In this document: in pieces, positions 1-8,704 of the stretch | Layout: each line of letters opens with the position of its first letter | Numbering within the stretch: position 1 is the stretch's first letter | Origin: Fimbriimonadales bacterium | Lineage (GTDB): Bacteria; Armatimonadota; Fimbriimonadia; Fimbriimonadales; JABRVX01 | Assembly: GCA_045862955.1 (NCBI GenBank) | Contig: BTVI01000046.1 | Span: forward strand, 1 to 21,783 | DNA length: 21,783 nt | Reading direction: 5' to 3' | The notes under the pieces: generated by a model | Seen by the model: only the letters and a program-made list of their open reading frames with translations | What the model was told of the DNA's origin: nothing | The model's database searches: none | Translations under genes and position numbers: made by a program

Positions 1-141
1 CCGTGGTAAAGGCGGACGGGACGCCTGGCAGAGCCAATGCCGCCATGCTCGGCCCATGGAAGGTGGTGGTCCCTACCTGGGGCTCTAGGGCCCCAGCAGC
101 CAGCGCACGGGTCGGGGCGCGGCCAAACCCCATCCGCCGTC
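1..141 (+). repeat. Terminal direct repeat, left copy (identical to 21643-21783)
   Basis: Direct comparison shows the first 141 nt equal the last 141 nt. Confidence 0.95.
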
Positions 142-672
142 ATGCTGAGCCTGTCGAAGCATGACGGGGAGAGCCGCGAGGTTGCGTGGTATGATGCTGC
201 GTTCGCGGCAGGTGGCCGTCATGCTTCGACAAGCTCAGCATGACGTAAGGCTCAGCATGACGGCGCTTGGGGGTCCGCTGAGGGGTGCGTCATGCTTCGA
301 CGGGCTCAGCATGACGGGGTCGGTGGTGGAGGGTGGGTGGATGCTTCGACATGCTCAGCATGACGGTCTCGGAGGATTGAACGCTGTCACTGCCCGAGCC
401 TATCGTGGTGGTGATGGATTAGGAGTCCGTCATGCTTCGACGGGCTCAGCATGACGTAAGGCTCAGCATGACGGTGTAGGAGGGTTGAACGCTGTCACTG
501 CCCGAGCCTATCGTGGTGGTGATGGATTAGGAGTCCGTCATGCTTCGACGGGCTCAGCATGACGGGGTCGGTGGTGGAGGGTGGGTGGATGCTTCGACAA
601 GCTCAGCATGACGGCGTGACGACAGGCTCAGCATGACGTAAGGCTCAGCATGACCACAAGTTCAGCGTGACG
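1..672. repeat. Mosaic cluster of REP-like palindromes (GTCATGCTGAGCYTGTCGAAGCATGAC family) with conserved linkers
   Basis: About a dozen full or half copies of the 27-bp imperfect palindrome in both orientations (e.g. 139-165, 218-244). Includes a 108-bp tandem duplication (~377 and ~485). The linkers recur at 19.4-20.4 kb and 21.4-21.8 kb. Confidence 0.9.
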
Positions 673-790
673 GTGTGGGATGCCCGACCCTCCCCACTGC
701 GAGGCGTGAGGGATAGGTCAGCGCCGCGGCTGCTGGGAGAGGTAGGGGCAGTAAAGAGATAGCATAGGCCGGGTGGTGACCGCGGCGTCG

Positions 791-3040
791 CTAGAAGTCT
801 ACACCCGTGCTCGTATCGAGGGGCTCACCCGACACACCTAGGCCGAAGTCCGAGCGGTAGGGCAGCGCCTTCAGTCGGATAGCGAACTGGAAGTCCTGCC
901 CTCGCCGGTAGCCGGTCAATGTGTTGCGGTAGCCGATCACCGCTTCCGCACAGTGCAGGTCATAGGTGAGCTGGAACTGCTGGGTGTCGAACTGCTTCAA
1001 GTACCCATTGTATAACAGCAACAGCGAGGTCTTGAGGCGTCCCAGGCGAAGACCCTCTAGGCGAAAGTTCGCATTCCCCCATCGTTCCAATCTGCCGTCG
1101 TAGCGAGCCTCCGCTTGCAGCGTCGTCTCGCCGAGCCGCCACGCACAGGCTAGCCGCGTAGTGCTCCACAGCTGCTCACGTGGATCATACGAGGAAGTCA
1201 CGAGTGCAAAGAAGTCGTCCGATGGCCGGTAGCGTAGGGCGGCACCTATCGTGTTCCAGGCGACCTGGCCGCGCTTCTCTTGCAGAAGGTCGTATCCGCC
1301 ACCTGCCCGAAACGTCAGGCCCCCTGCAAAGGGTATCTCCAGCAGCGCAGTCGCGATGTTCGTTTCGCCGCGACGGTCGAAAGAGAGCGGGGAGTAGCCG
1401 TAGGGGCGTGTGTAGCGATAGCGCAGGATGATGCCCTGTGCGCGTTCCCCAGACGACAGTCCATAGCGACTCTCGATGGTTTGGTTCAGCACGTACTGTG
1501 CGGTACCATCACTGTGGAACGACTGCGCGAACTCAGAGCTGTAACCGAAGGACAAACCCTTGCCCGTTTTCGTACTCTGGGATGCACGTGCCCCGAATCC
1601 TTCGCGGACAACGCGGACGTTTCGAAAGCCGTCTACGTACTCTCCGACGCTCGCCTCGAGAGCGACCCTCGGCTCGCTGCGCCATCCTAACAGCCTACTC
1701 GTGTCCGAGCGTAACGTCAGCACCGGTGTGCGCTCGAACGAGGTACGATAGGTGGTAGTACCTCCGATGGGCACGAGACGCTGATAGGTGAGGTCCGCGT
1801 CGAACGTCCTCGCAGCGTAGCGCAGACCCAGGTTGACGTCCGCCTGTTCGCGCTGGCTTAGGGTCACGCCTGCGCGCTGGGTCTCGAAGTTCGTGTAGGC
1901 GATGCGCGAGGTAGCGGAGAAACCACCACCCAATCGCCTGTTATCGGCAAGGGCTATCGTGCGGTTTCCGGACGAGTAATCACCGCTATCGTTGCGAGAA
2001 TCGCGATAGTCTAGCGAGGAGGAGCCGTAACGCAAACCGATGGAGCCGTCCAATCGGCGCGTTTCCGGGAAGTTCGCATAGATGTTACGACTGATCCCCA
2101 GTCGCGAACTGAAGCCCAGCTTGCCGATACGCTCGTTATGGGTGAAGTCACCAGTCAGAGTGTTCTGACCTCGTTGCTGATCATAGAGGTTGTATACGTT
2201 GTACCCGCCCTCTCCCGCTGCATACTTCCACACCTGTCCGAGTCCCAGCCCCAGTCCCCGCTTCTCCATAGCTTCCGCGCGAACGGTGGCACGCTGCTTA
2301 CCGAGAAGGTTGGCGTCGAATCGGGACTTGACATACACTCCCTCGAACTGCGAGCGTCCGACGTCTGGCAGGTAACCGTTGTAGTTGGGGCGGTCTAGGG
2401 GTAGGACGAAGTGTGGAAGCGTCAGTAGCGTGCGGTCGAGCGCGCTGATCCTAACATCTCTCAGTATGGCGCGGTCTCCGGGGGTGACCTCGATCGCTCG
2501 CGCGCCCAGGTGGAAGTGAGGGTGGTCCAACGAGCAAGTGGTGATGGAACCTCCGTCGAGTACCACATGCTTCTCCCCACCCTCGGATCGCTCCGCGGCC
2601 CCATACAGATTCGAGAGGAGCCTGCCATCGAAGAAGCTGGGCCGAAAGTCGGCAGATCCATCCAGGAATCGGTAGGTCCTCTCGCGGAAGTCCACCCACA
2701 CTTCATGGCCGGTGACCACTTGGTCCACGCCGCGAAGTGTGACTTCTCCCCGCAGAGTGAACTGCTCGGTTTCGGTGTCTCCCGCAGCCTCATTGGCTCG
2801 CACGGTGTAGCCACGATATTGGAACTCCACACCGTCGCTGGCGGTAACTTTGGACCCTACTACCTTTATGGAGCCGAAGCGCTTCCAGTAAATCCGTTCC
2901 GTGTCCTCCAGCGAAGGGTCTGGGGCTCCCAGATCGTACTGCTTAGGGGGCGGCGGACGAAAGCCGCTCGGCTGCAGCGGATTGTCCTGTGCGTACACGA
3001 CTGACGTAAGTAGCAGCGAGATCCAAACGACCGCTCTCAC
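791..3040 (-). CDS. lptD: LPS-assembly protein LptD-like outer-membrane beta-barrel (~749 aa)
   Basis: GTG start at 3040 overlaps the lptF/G stop (GTGA) and gives a signal peptide (MRAVVWISLLLTSVVYA). Has an OstA-like N-terminal region, the LptD-typical ITTCSLDHPHFHL motif, alternating beta-strand pattern and terminal Phe. Adjacent to lptF/G. Confidence 0.75.
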   Translation of the reverse strand: MRAVVWISLLLTSVVYAQDNPLQPSGFRPPPPKQYDLGAPDPSLEDTERIYWKRFGSIKVVGSKVTASDGVEFQYRGYTVRANEAAGDTETEQFTLRGEVTLRGVDQVVTGHEVWVDFRERTYRFLDGSADFRPSFFDGRLLSNLYGAAERSEGGEKHVVLDGGSITTCSLDHPHFHLGARAIEVTPGDRAILRDVRISALDRTLLTLPHFVLPLDRPNYNGYLPDVGRSQFEGVYVKSRFDANLLGKQRATVRAEAMEKRGLGLGLGQVWKYAAGEGGYNVYNLYDQQRGQNTLTGDFTHNERIGKLGFSSRLGISRNIYANFPETRRLDGSIGLRYGSSSLDYRDSRNDSGDYSSGNRTIALADNRRLGGGFSATSRIAYTNFETQRAGVTLSQREQADVNLGLRYAARTFDADLTYQRLVPIGGTTTYRTSFERTPVLTLRSDTSRLLGWRSEPRVALEASVGEYVDGFRNVRVVREGFGARASQSTKTGKGLSFGYSSEFAQSFHSDGTAQYVLNQTIESRYGLSSGERAQGIILRYRYTRPYGYSPLSFDRRGETNIATALLEIPFAGGLTFRAGGGYDLLQEKRGQVAWNTIGAALRYRPSDDFFALVTSSYDPREQLWSTTRLACAWRLGETTLQAEARYDGRLERWGNANFRLEGLRLGRLKTSLLLLYNGYLKQFDTQQFQLTYDLHCAEAVIGYRNTLTGYRRGQDFQFAIRLKALPYRSDFGLGVSGEPLDTSTGVDF

Positions 3041-4113
3041 TCCACCCTCCGCATCGCGATCAGCGCTGCAAGGAAGAAGATTGCGTTGGGTGCCCAGGCT
3101 GCTACGATAGGCGGTATCACTCCCGGTTCGCCCAGGATCTTGCTGAACAGCAGTAACAGGTTGATGTGCGCGAAGACCACTAACACGGAAAGAAGCACGC
3201 CCGCGAAGCCACCGCTCCTCGCGAATGCCAAGCTGAAGATGGGTCCGAAAAGGGAGAAGATAACGCACGCGAAGGGCACGGCGAGTTTGGTGTGGTACTG
3301 CACTTCCTTCGCGCGCACGTCGCGGCCCGCCCGGCGCTCTTCTTCGATCAACTCACCCAGCTTCTTTCGCGTAAGCTCGTCGGGCTGCGGGGCTCCCACG
3401 ATGTCCTGCAACGGCACGCGACCTTCGATCTCCATCCGCTCGATCTTCTCGAAGTGCAACAAGCGACCACCTGCGCCGAAGACCCAGGTTTGGGGGTCGT
3501 GCAGAATCCAGCGCCCGTTGTCATACACGGCTCGCGGTGCGCGCGTGATAGTCACCTCTTTCACGCCTTTGGGACGGAATGCGGTGACCTCTTGCACCTC
3601 GAACACACGGTCGGAGCGCTGCTGAACGAAACCGAGACAGAAGATGAACTCCCTAACACGCAGCACCGTGTTCGGCGCGAGGCTGGGCTGACTCTGCATC
3701 AGCGAGATTCGAAAGAAGAGCTGTTTGAACGCCGAGCCCGATCCGGGAACGACCGCTTCCTGAAACCAGTAGGTAAGGCCGAACATGAATAGTCCCATCA
3801 CTACGTATGGCAGGAAGATGCGGCGGACGCTGATACCCGCCATCCGCATCACCAGCACCTCTTGGTCCCGTGCTAGGCGACTGACGGCCATCGCCGTGCC
3901 CACCGCCGTGGCGACCGGGGCGGCGATCACTAACAAGAACGGAAGGCGAAAGAGGATCAACTGCAGGACGGCCAGCATGCCCACCTTGCGGTCGAGGAGC
4001 AGCGGGCCGAACTCCGCCAGCAAGCCGCCGGTCAGCAGCATGACTGCGGCAGCAGCACCGATGCCGAAAGGTAGCAAAGTCTCACCGATGAGGTAGCGGT
4101 CGAGACGTCTCAT
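3037..4113 (-). CDS. LptF/LptG family LPS export permease (358 aa)
   Basis: Start MRRLDRYLIGE. Has SRLARDQEVLVMRMAGIS, a periplasmic beta-jellyroll region, KLAVPFAC and the C-terminal PPIVAAWAPN motif. ATGA overlap with the upstream gene. Confidence 0.9.
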   Translation of the reverse strand: MRRLDRYLIGETLLPFGIGAAAAVMLLTGGLLAEFGPLLLDRKVGMLAVLQLILFRLPFLLVIAAPVATAVGTAMAVSRLARDQEVLVMRMAGISVRRIFLPYVVMGLFMFGLTYWFQEAVVPGSGSAFKQLFFRISLMQSQPSLAPNTVLRVREFIFCLGFVQQRSDRVFEVQEVTAFRPKGVKEVTITRAPRAVYDNGRWILHDPQTWVFGAGGRLLHFEKIERMEIEGRVPLQDIVGAPQPDELTRKKLGELIEEERRAGRDVRAKEVQYHTKLAVPFACVIFSLFGPIFSLAFARSGGFAGVLLSVLVVFAHINLLLLFSKILGEPGVIPPIVAAWAPNAIFFLAALIAMRRVE

Positions 4114-4904
4114 CGCGTGATGATACGCCACACGAGCAGCGCTCCGCCGATTGCCAGCAGGGCGATGATGGGTATGGCAAGAGCGGACTTCATGGTAGCG
4201 CCCACCATCGGGGCGAGGAAGATGACAGCGAGCGCGACCGCCCAGATGCGTAGCAGCTTGCCCGGAGCGGACTCGGGAAGCCACCTGCCGCCGGCGATGA
4301 GCACTAACACCATGCCGCCGCACCGCTTGCACAGGATGTCGCCTGGGTCGTTCGCATAACGGCAGTTAGGGCAGGAGTTGGGATGGTCGTGCGGGTCGCC
4401 CTCCACACTGCGGCGCACCCATTGCAGCATGCGCTTCTCATCGTTCATGTATTGCGGGGCCGCTGCCACCGCCCGCTCCAAGAAGATTGCCGCAGATGCG
4501 TTGAGGTTGGCTCGGTGACAGGATCTGCCGAGATCGGCTAAGGCAGAGGGGTTGTTGGGGTTAGAGACGAGCGCCTTGCACGCCTTCTTCATGCGCTCGA
4601 TGTCCAGTGTCTTGTGCGCTTGCTTGTTGATGAAGTTGGTCGCCAGCGGAGCGCCGATAGCCGAGATCCAAAGGGCTGCCGACGCACTGGCGGTGACCCA
4701 ACCCTCGGGATGGAAGGTGCCGAAGGCTGCCAGACCGATCGCCGCGCCGATTCCGAGTGCTGCCTCGACCCCTCCTACGTCCGCCGCCACCGAGCGAAGA
4801 AAGAGATGATGAATCCAGTAGCCTGCCGGCGCCCAGAGCAGCACCGCCTTCAAGAACAGGACGGCGGGTGTGTAGTCTATGGCAAGTGGCATCTCGATGG
4901 GCAT
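4110..4904 (-). CDS. Hypothetical membrane protein with TPR-like segment and CxxC-x10-CxxC zinc ribbon
   Basis: Three N-terminal hydrophobic segments, TPR-like ALVSNPNNPSALADLG...LERAVAAAP, CPNC...CKRC, two C-terminal TM segments. Translationally coupled to lptF/G. Confidence 0.75.
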   Translation of the reverse strand: MPIEMPLAIDYTPAVLFLKAVLLWAPAGYWIHHLFLRSVAADVGGVEAALGIGAAIGLAAFGTFHPEGWVTASASAALWISAIGAPLATNFINKQAHKTLDIERMKKACKALVSNPNNPSALADLGRSCHRANLNASAAIFLERAVAAAPQYMNDEKRMLQWVRRSVEGDPHDHPNSCPNCRYANDPGDILCKRCGGMVLVLIAGGRWLPESAPGKLLRIWAVALAVIFLAPMVGATMKSALAIPIIALLAIGGALLVWRIITR

Positions 4905-4993
4905 CTCGTTGAATCTTATCGTCTGCGAGCGAGCAGTCCTGCACGACGGGCCCGGTTTTCGATGCGGATGGTTGCGTGCCGAGCGCGTGGGTT

Positions 4994-5377
4994 GTCACGC
5001 AGAGAGCACAAAGAGCCGCAGAGATCGCAACCGGACCATGGCTTCGGCTCTTGACCTTGTCGTCTTGGAGGTGTCGCATCCGCCACGCCCGGGGGCTTGG
5101 ATGGTCACGCAGAGAGCGCAAAGGGCCGCGAAGATCGCAACCGGCCCATGGCTACGGCTCCTGCCCTCGACGTCGTGGGCGTGTTGCATCCGCCGCGCTC
5201 GGGGCTTGGATGGTCACGCGGAGAGCGCCGAGTGCCGCAGAGATCGCAACCGGACCATGGCTACGGCTCCTGCCCTCGACGTCGTGGGCGTGTCGCATCC
5301 GCCACGCTCGGGGCTTGGATGGTCACGCAGAGAGCGCAAAGGGCCGCGAAGATCGCAGAGTGCCGCGAAGATCGCAA
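4994..5377. repeat. Intergenic tandem repeat, ~109-110 bp unit, about 3.5 copies
   Basis: GTCACGC(A/G)GAGAGC unit starts at 4994, 5104, 5213 and 5322, with point divergence between copies. Confidence 0.9.
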
Positions 5378-6037
5378 CTACACAGATGCCGGCTCTGAGC
5401 TCTTCCCGGTTTCGGGCGCCTTCGTGCCGCCGAAACGGAACTTCGGCTCTTCCCCGCGGAGCAGACGCCGGATATTGGCTCGGTGGTTGACGATCAGCAA
5501 GAGCGCAATCACCAGAATCAGAGCGCGAACGGAGGTCGCTGAAGGCAGGGCGAGAACCAGCACGGCCGCGCTCAGCGCTCCGAGCATCGAGGCCAGAGAC
5601 ACCCACCGCGTGACGGCAAACACCACCACGAAACAGGCCAGAGCGACCCCGGCAACGAGTGGCGTCGCGCCAAGCAGCAGCCCCAGCGCGGCCGCCACGC
5701 CCTTGCCGCCGCGAAACCCTAGAAACGGCGAGAAGGTGTGGCCCAGAACCGCAGCGGCACCGCCAGCGACCGCGAGGTCCGGGCCCCCTACAATCCGGCC
5801 GACAAACGCCGGAACGGAGCCCTTTGCAATGTCCAGCAGAAGGACGAGGGTGCCGATCTGCGGGCCGGCGCACCGAAACACGTTGGTCGCACCGATGTTG
5901 CCGCTCCCCACCGTCCGAATGTCCACGCCCTTCAGCAGCTTGCACAGCCAAAAGCCGAACGGGAGCGAGCCTAAGAGGAAGCCACCGATTACGAAGCCGA
6001 CATACTGCAGCAACCGGGCAGAGTCCACCTCACCCAT
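5378..6037 (-). CDS. plsY: Glycerol-3-phosphate acyltransferase PlsY
   Basis: Motifs GSLPFG, DIRTVGSGNIGATN, DIAKG, GHTFSPFLGFRGGKGVA and HRANIRRL. Confidence 0.97.
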   Translation of the reverse strand: MGEVDSARLLQYVGFVIGGFLLGSLPFGFWLCKLLKGVDIRTVGSGNIGATNVFRCAGPQIGTLVLLLDIAKGSVPAFVGRIVGGPDLAVAGGAAAVLGHTFSPFLGFRGGKGVAAALGLLLGATPLVAGVALACFVVVFAVTRWVSLASMLGALSAAVLVLALPSATSVRALILVIALLLIVNHRANIRRLLRGEEPKFRFGGTKAPETGKSSEPASV

Positions 6038-6078
6038 CGCCTATCGGGTTCTCCTCCTGCGGTCTCGCTCCTTCGCGG

Positions 6079-6927
6079 CTACTCTGCCTTGCTCGGGCTC
6101 CTGCGAAGTTTGTCTAGCTCATACAACTCGGGTCTGCGGTCGGCCAGCGGCTCCGACTCGAACTCGCCGGGCTTGACGATCACGCGTTTCTGCCTCGCCT
6201 TTTCGGGGTCTATGGGTGCAATCACTAGGGCCTCGTCGGCATGATCCGCGTATGCGATGGGCTTGCCGTCGAAACCCCAGATGCCGCTCTTTCCGATGAA
6301 GCGGAAGCCGGCTTCCTCGCCCACGCGGTTAGAGGCTATGACGTAAAGGCGGTTCTCGTTAGCGCGGGCGGGAGCGAGGAAGTGAGGCGAACTCTCTGCC
6401 CCCTCGGGCCAGTTGGTGGGGACCAGAATGGCATCCGCGCCTCGAAGGGCGAGCGACACGCCCGCCTCGGGGAACCGCAGGTCGTAGCAGATGAGAATGC
6501 CGAAACGCCCGAGCGGCGTGTCGAACACGGGTAAGGTAGAGCCTTTGTCCGCAAATCGGTCCAGCCCAATCCAGGGCAAGTGGGTCTTGCGGTAAACGCC
6601 TAGCAGGCCTTTGGGGCCGAGCAGCGCGGCGCTGTTGTAGAGGCCGGGCTCACCACGTTCCGCAAAGCCGATTACGGCGTACACTCCGAGCCGAGCGCAC
6701 TCGTCGGCCAGCGACCGAATCTCCGGACCGTTGGCGGCCAGCGCGTGGTTCAGCGCCGTTTCGCGGTCGGGGAAGCCATACCCGGTGAGCGCGCACTCGG
6801 GGAAAACGACTAGCCTGGCGCCGCGCTCGGCTGCGTCCCGGAGCAGTGCGATGACGCGGGTGACGTTGCCGTCGACTTGGGCGTAGTCAGGTGCGAACTG
6901 AACGGAGGCGACAACTAGCTCTGGCAT
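6079..6927 (-). CDS. Carbon-nitrogen hydrolase (nitrilase superfamily)
   Basis: Glu-Lys-Cys triad motifs VFPECALTGY, YRKTHL and ICYDLRFPE, plus the C-terminal DRRPELY. Confidence 0.95.
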   Translation of the reverse strand: MPELVVASVQFAPDYAQVDGNVTRVIALLRDAAERGARLVVFPECALTGYGFPDRETALNHALAANGPEIRSLADECARLGVYAVIGFAERGEPGLYNSAALLGPKGLLGVYRKTHLPWIGLDRFADKGSTLPVFDTPLGRFGILICYDLRFPEAGVSLALRGADAILVPTNWPEGAESSPHFLAPARANENRLYVIASNRVGEEAGFRFIGKSGIWGFDGKPIAYADHADEALVIAPIDPEKARQKRVIVKPGEFESEPLADRRPELYELDKLRRSPSKAE

Positions 6928-6932
6928 GAAGG

Positions 6933-7379
6933 CTAGCCTACCGCAGGAGACGGCTCAATGTAGAAGAGCACTTCGCCGGACTGCACCAAAGCCCCGTTCT
7001 CGCGAGTGATCTTGGACACGACCCCCGCAATCGGGCTCACCAGCTCGCTGAAAACCTTGTTGGCTTCCAACAGGCAGAGCACTTCGCCTTCGTCTACCAG
7101 GTCGCCTTCCTCGACGAAGGGTGGCTCGTTGGGTCTTCGTGAGCGGTAGAAGACGCCCGTGAACGGCGATTCGACCGGCTCGCCGCTCGGCGGAGTTTCC
7201 GCGGGTGGAGGCTCCGGCACGGCAGTGAGCGCGGGCACCACTGCCTCGTGCTCCAAAGGCTCCCGGCGGATGCGGATGCGTACCTTGCCTTCCTCATAGC
7301 TCAGCTCGGTGAGGCCGTGTTTGTGCAACAGAGCGGCAAGGTCTCGAAGGGTTTGAGCGTGGTTCGACAGGTCCTTCAC
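6933..7379 (-). CDS. accB: Biotin carboxyl carrier protein (AccB-like) with variant biotinylation motif EANKV
   Basis: Probable GTG start at 7379. Has the AccB-type N-terminus (LAALL..HGLTELSYEEG), Pro/Ala linker, SPFTGVFYR..P..PPFV and the GALVQSGEVLF tail. Confidence 0.8.
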   Translation of the reverse strand: MKDLSNHAQTLRDLAALLHKHGLTELSYEEGKVRIRIRREPLEHEAVVPALTAVPEPPPAETPPSGEPVESPFTGVFYRSRRPNEPPFVEEGDLVDEGEVLCLLEANKVFSELVSPIAGVVSKITRENGALVQSGEVLFYIEPSPAVG

Positions 7380-7412
7380 GGCGCTTGGAGCATTATGACC
7401 CGGAATCGAAAG

Positions 7413-7446
7413 AAAAAAAAGGAAGGCAGAAAGTCTCCGCCCTCCT
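7413..7446 (-). terminator. Rho-independent terminator
   Basis: Minus strand reads GGAGGGCGGAG-ACT-TTCTGCCTTCC (GC-rich stem with GU pairs) followed by T8. Confidence 0.8.
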
Positions 7447-7473
7447 AAGGCATACGCCCCAACCTGGATGGTA
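7413..7473 (-). ncRNA. Candidate ~60-nt small RNA or attenuated leader
   Basis: Bounded by the promoter and terminator above. No family recognised. Confidence 0.45.
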
Positions 7474-7478
7474 CGCAT

Positions 7479-7527
7479 ATGGTATCAGAAGATCGGCTCC
7501 ATGTCAAGTCCGGTGCACGATTTTTTT
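7479..7527 (-). promoter_or_regulatory. Strong sigma70-type promoter
   Basis: TTGACA (7502-7507), 17-bp spacer, TGn-TACCAT (7479-7484), and an upstream A7 tract (7521-7527) resembling an UP element. Confidence 0.8.
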
Positions 7528-7676
7528 CCGAGTGTTTCTACCGGGTCGTGGGATGGTGGACCATCGCCCGCATGCCAACCAGGCCAAGTCCTCCCGTACT
7601 TTCGCCGTCCCGGCGATCCGTGTTGTCTGGCGGGACGCCGGAATTACGCTGTGGCGGCGTAGCGGTAGGACGGGTT

Positions 7677-8066
7677 CTAACTCCCGTCCTCGCCGAAGGC
7701 GGCGGGGTAGTGGAGGACCGTGGGTGGCCCGGGACCGAGAGTGACCCCGATCACGTCGAAGCGGCGGGGCCTTTCCTCCTCGCTCGGATAGTCCCAGGCA
7801 GCCGCCAACAGCTTGCGCCGCTTGCTCAAAGGGAACCACTCGGATGGGGACACTGCGGAGGGGCGGCTCCGCGTCCGAACCTCGACGAACACCAGCGTTT
7901 CGCCCTCTTCGGCAACGATGTCCAGCTCGCCGGTCGGTCCCCGCCAGTTACGGGCGAGCACTCGTAAGCCGCGGCTCTCGAGGTAGCGCGCCGCGACCTC
8001 CTCTCCGATCCTACCGACGGCCTTCTTCCGCTCCCCTTTCTTAGGCACCGCGCGTTCCCGCTTCAT
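7677..8066 (-). CDS. yraN: YraN family (UPF0102) putative endonuclease
   Basis: [12 protein letters not shown]...LARNWR...GELDIVA...LVFVEVRTR...RFDVI. Downstream of rnhB as is common. Start is ATG 8066 or GTG 8048. Confidence 0.92.
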   Translation of the reverse strand: MKRERAVPKKGERKKAVGRIGEEVAARYLESRGLRVLARNWRGPTGELDIVAEEGETLVFVEVRTRSRPSAVSPSEWFPLSKRRKLLAAAWDYPSEEERPRRFDVIGVTLGPGPPTVLHYPAAFGEDGS

Positions 8067-8664
8067 CAACTTCCGTAAGCGCGAGGACCAGCTGCTCGCC
8101 GCATATGGGGGCAAACGAGCGGCGGTGCTCGGGGCAAGGGCCGAGTCGGCGGAGCGCCTCGATGTGCTGCTGGCAGTGGTAGCCCTTGTGTCGCGCAAAG
8201 CCGTAGCCCGGATATCGGTCGTCCATCAGCACCATGAGCCGGTCCCGCCAGACCTTGGCGAGAATGGAAGCTGCGGCGATGCACGGCTCGGAGGCGTCGC
8301 CGTCCACGATGGCGGATTGGGGTAGACCTAGACGGGGAATAGTCCTGTTGCCGTCCACGAGGCATCGGTCGGGTGCAACCGCGAGGCAGCGTATCGCGCG
8401 TCGCATCGCCGCGAAGGTGGCCTGCAGCACGTTCAGCCGATCCACTTCCGCCGCGCTCGCGATCCCGACGGACCAAGTCAGCGCACTCGCCCGGATCTCG
8501 GTCTCGAGTTGCACTCTTCTGGCGTGCGTCAAGGTCTTGGAGTCGCGCAGGCCCTCGATGGGCCGGTCGGCATCGAGGATCACGGCGGCTGCGAGCACGG
8601 GACCGGCTAGCGGACCGCGCCCCGCTTCGTCCACTCCAGCGACCAAGCCGTCACTCGTGCGCAT
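8041..8664 (-). CDS. rnhB: Ribonuclease HII
   Basis: [40 protein letters not shown] and HRRSF motifs. Confidence 0.97.
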   Translation of the reverse strand: MRTSDGLVAGVDEAGRGPLAGPVLAAAVILDADRPIEGLRDSKTLTHARRVQLETEIRASALTWSVGIASAAEVDRLNVLQATFAAMRRAIRCLAVAPDRCLVDGNRTIPRLGLPQSAIVDGDASEPCIAAASILAKVWRDRLMVLMDDRYPGYGFARHKGYHCQQHIEALRRLGPCPEHRRSFAPICGEQLVLALTEVDEAGTRGA

Positions 8665-8704
8665 GGTCTCGCGCTTCCCGCCCTAAGGCTTCGATTCCTG
8701 CCGG

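Noticed and set aside
37..454. Short ORFs in REP clusters (also 19568-20576 and 21473-21775)
   Set aside because: They are translations of repeats (recurrent MLSLSKH, MLRQAQHD, FDRLSMT) and have no protein features.
139..672. CRISPR array
   Set aside because: Repeats occur in both orientations, spacing is irregular, the 'spacers' are themselves repeated elsewhere, and there are no cas genes. This fits REP mosaics.
3041..3268. N-terminal extensions in the ORF track for lptD (also lptF/G to 4332, accB to 7478, yraN to 8198, tolC to 15015, terL from 16633)
   Set aside because: They overlap neighbouring genes or regulatory signals. Downstream starts give better SDs, stop/start overlaps and family-typical N-termini.
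4879..6176. Long plus-strand ORFs over the tandem repeat and plsY
   Set aside because: Shadow frames of GC-rich repeat and antisense coding DNA, with repeated peptides shifting between frames.
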